A stretch of DNA of 64,000 nucleotides, from contig JBHGNT010000005.1 in the NCBI GenBank assembly GCA_043228905.1, positions 5,952,001 to 6,016,000 on the forward strand. Direction: 5' to 3'. Of this stretch, positions 63,376-64,000 are shown piece after piece. Each line of letters starts with the position of its first letter. The first letter of the stretch is position 1. Below the pieces are notes generated by a model. The model was not told the origin of the DNA and did not search any database. It was given only the letters and a program-made list of their open reading frames with translations. The position numbers and the translations under genes are program-made. This stretch comes from Azolla caroliniana. Lineage: Eukaryota > Plantae > Polypodiophyta.

Positions 63376-64000
63376 GCAAAAGTGGGTTAGTACTAATAAT
63401 ATGCCTCAATCAAAGGTGAATCTTACATTTGTCATTACTAGATCGGCCAACCTAGTGGGCCATGATTGCATGTTACGATGACCTTTCCTTCACGTAAATT
63501 GACTTGCCATTGACTTCAAGAACAACATCCTCTATATAAGAATGGAGAGTAGCATTACCTAATGCAAGTTTACAATAAAAAAGTGCATGAACATGAAGGT
63601 AGCCAACTCATGGACGACAATTTGATGACCATAGATTTTGAGGATAGCTTACTCCAATGCCACCTAGATAATGATTGGAAGATTGATAGAGACGAGAATA
63701 TAGGGCTCGAGCCACACAACTACTCATCCTTTGAGGTAAACCATGACTTGTAATGAAGTGGATGCTAATGTTAGCGATGGTTCATTGTGATTAACACACA
63801 ATGTGGTCATGTTGGTAGAGTCATCCTAGACAGTGACCCATGATACTATAAATATCATGACATGTAACACTGCAAATAACCAACACCTCTTATCTCTCAT
63901 ATGAAATCTATGGTAGAGATACAATGGCCTTAATTTAGTACTAAAGCCATTGTCACAACACTTTCATACAAACATTGGTTATGACTTCATTTGTTGACCC

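Overview
AT-rich, repeat-dense eukaryotic nuclear DNA from a land plant; a fern is my best inference, from the style of the PLS-PPR motifs and the LINE and LTR families, but this is not proven. A central island (about 28-44 kb) holds three host genes: an N6AMT1/HEMK2 methyltransferase (+), a PLS-class PPR protein (-) and a multi-exon plastid aminodeoxychorismate synthase, ADCS (-). The flanks are nested retroelements: a Ty3/gypsy element with a tRNA-Trp primer site inserted in an old RTE-like LINE, a full-length L1 with a 15-bp TSD, an old L1 interrupted by a rearranged copia, and a young GC-rich Ty1/copia (599-bp LTRs, GTTTC TSD) in the 3' UTR of another L1. There are also Mutator-like MITE arms, tRNA-like tandem units and micro/minisatellites. 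The most notable observation is a ~1.3-kb insert at 61.9-63.2 kb. It encodes a Penelope-like RT N-terminus, carries a type I hammerhead ribozyme motif, and is bracketed by ~148-bp direct repeats. Also notable are a G_GAU_UUU -1 frameshift junction between protease and RT in the gypsy element, and an ACG codon near where the N6AMT1 start codon is expected. All calls were made by eye; no searches were run.
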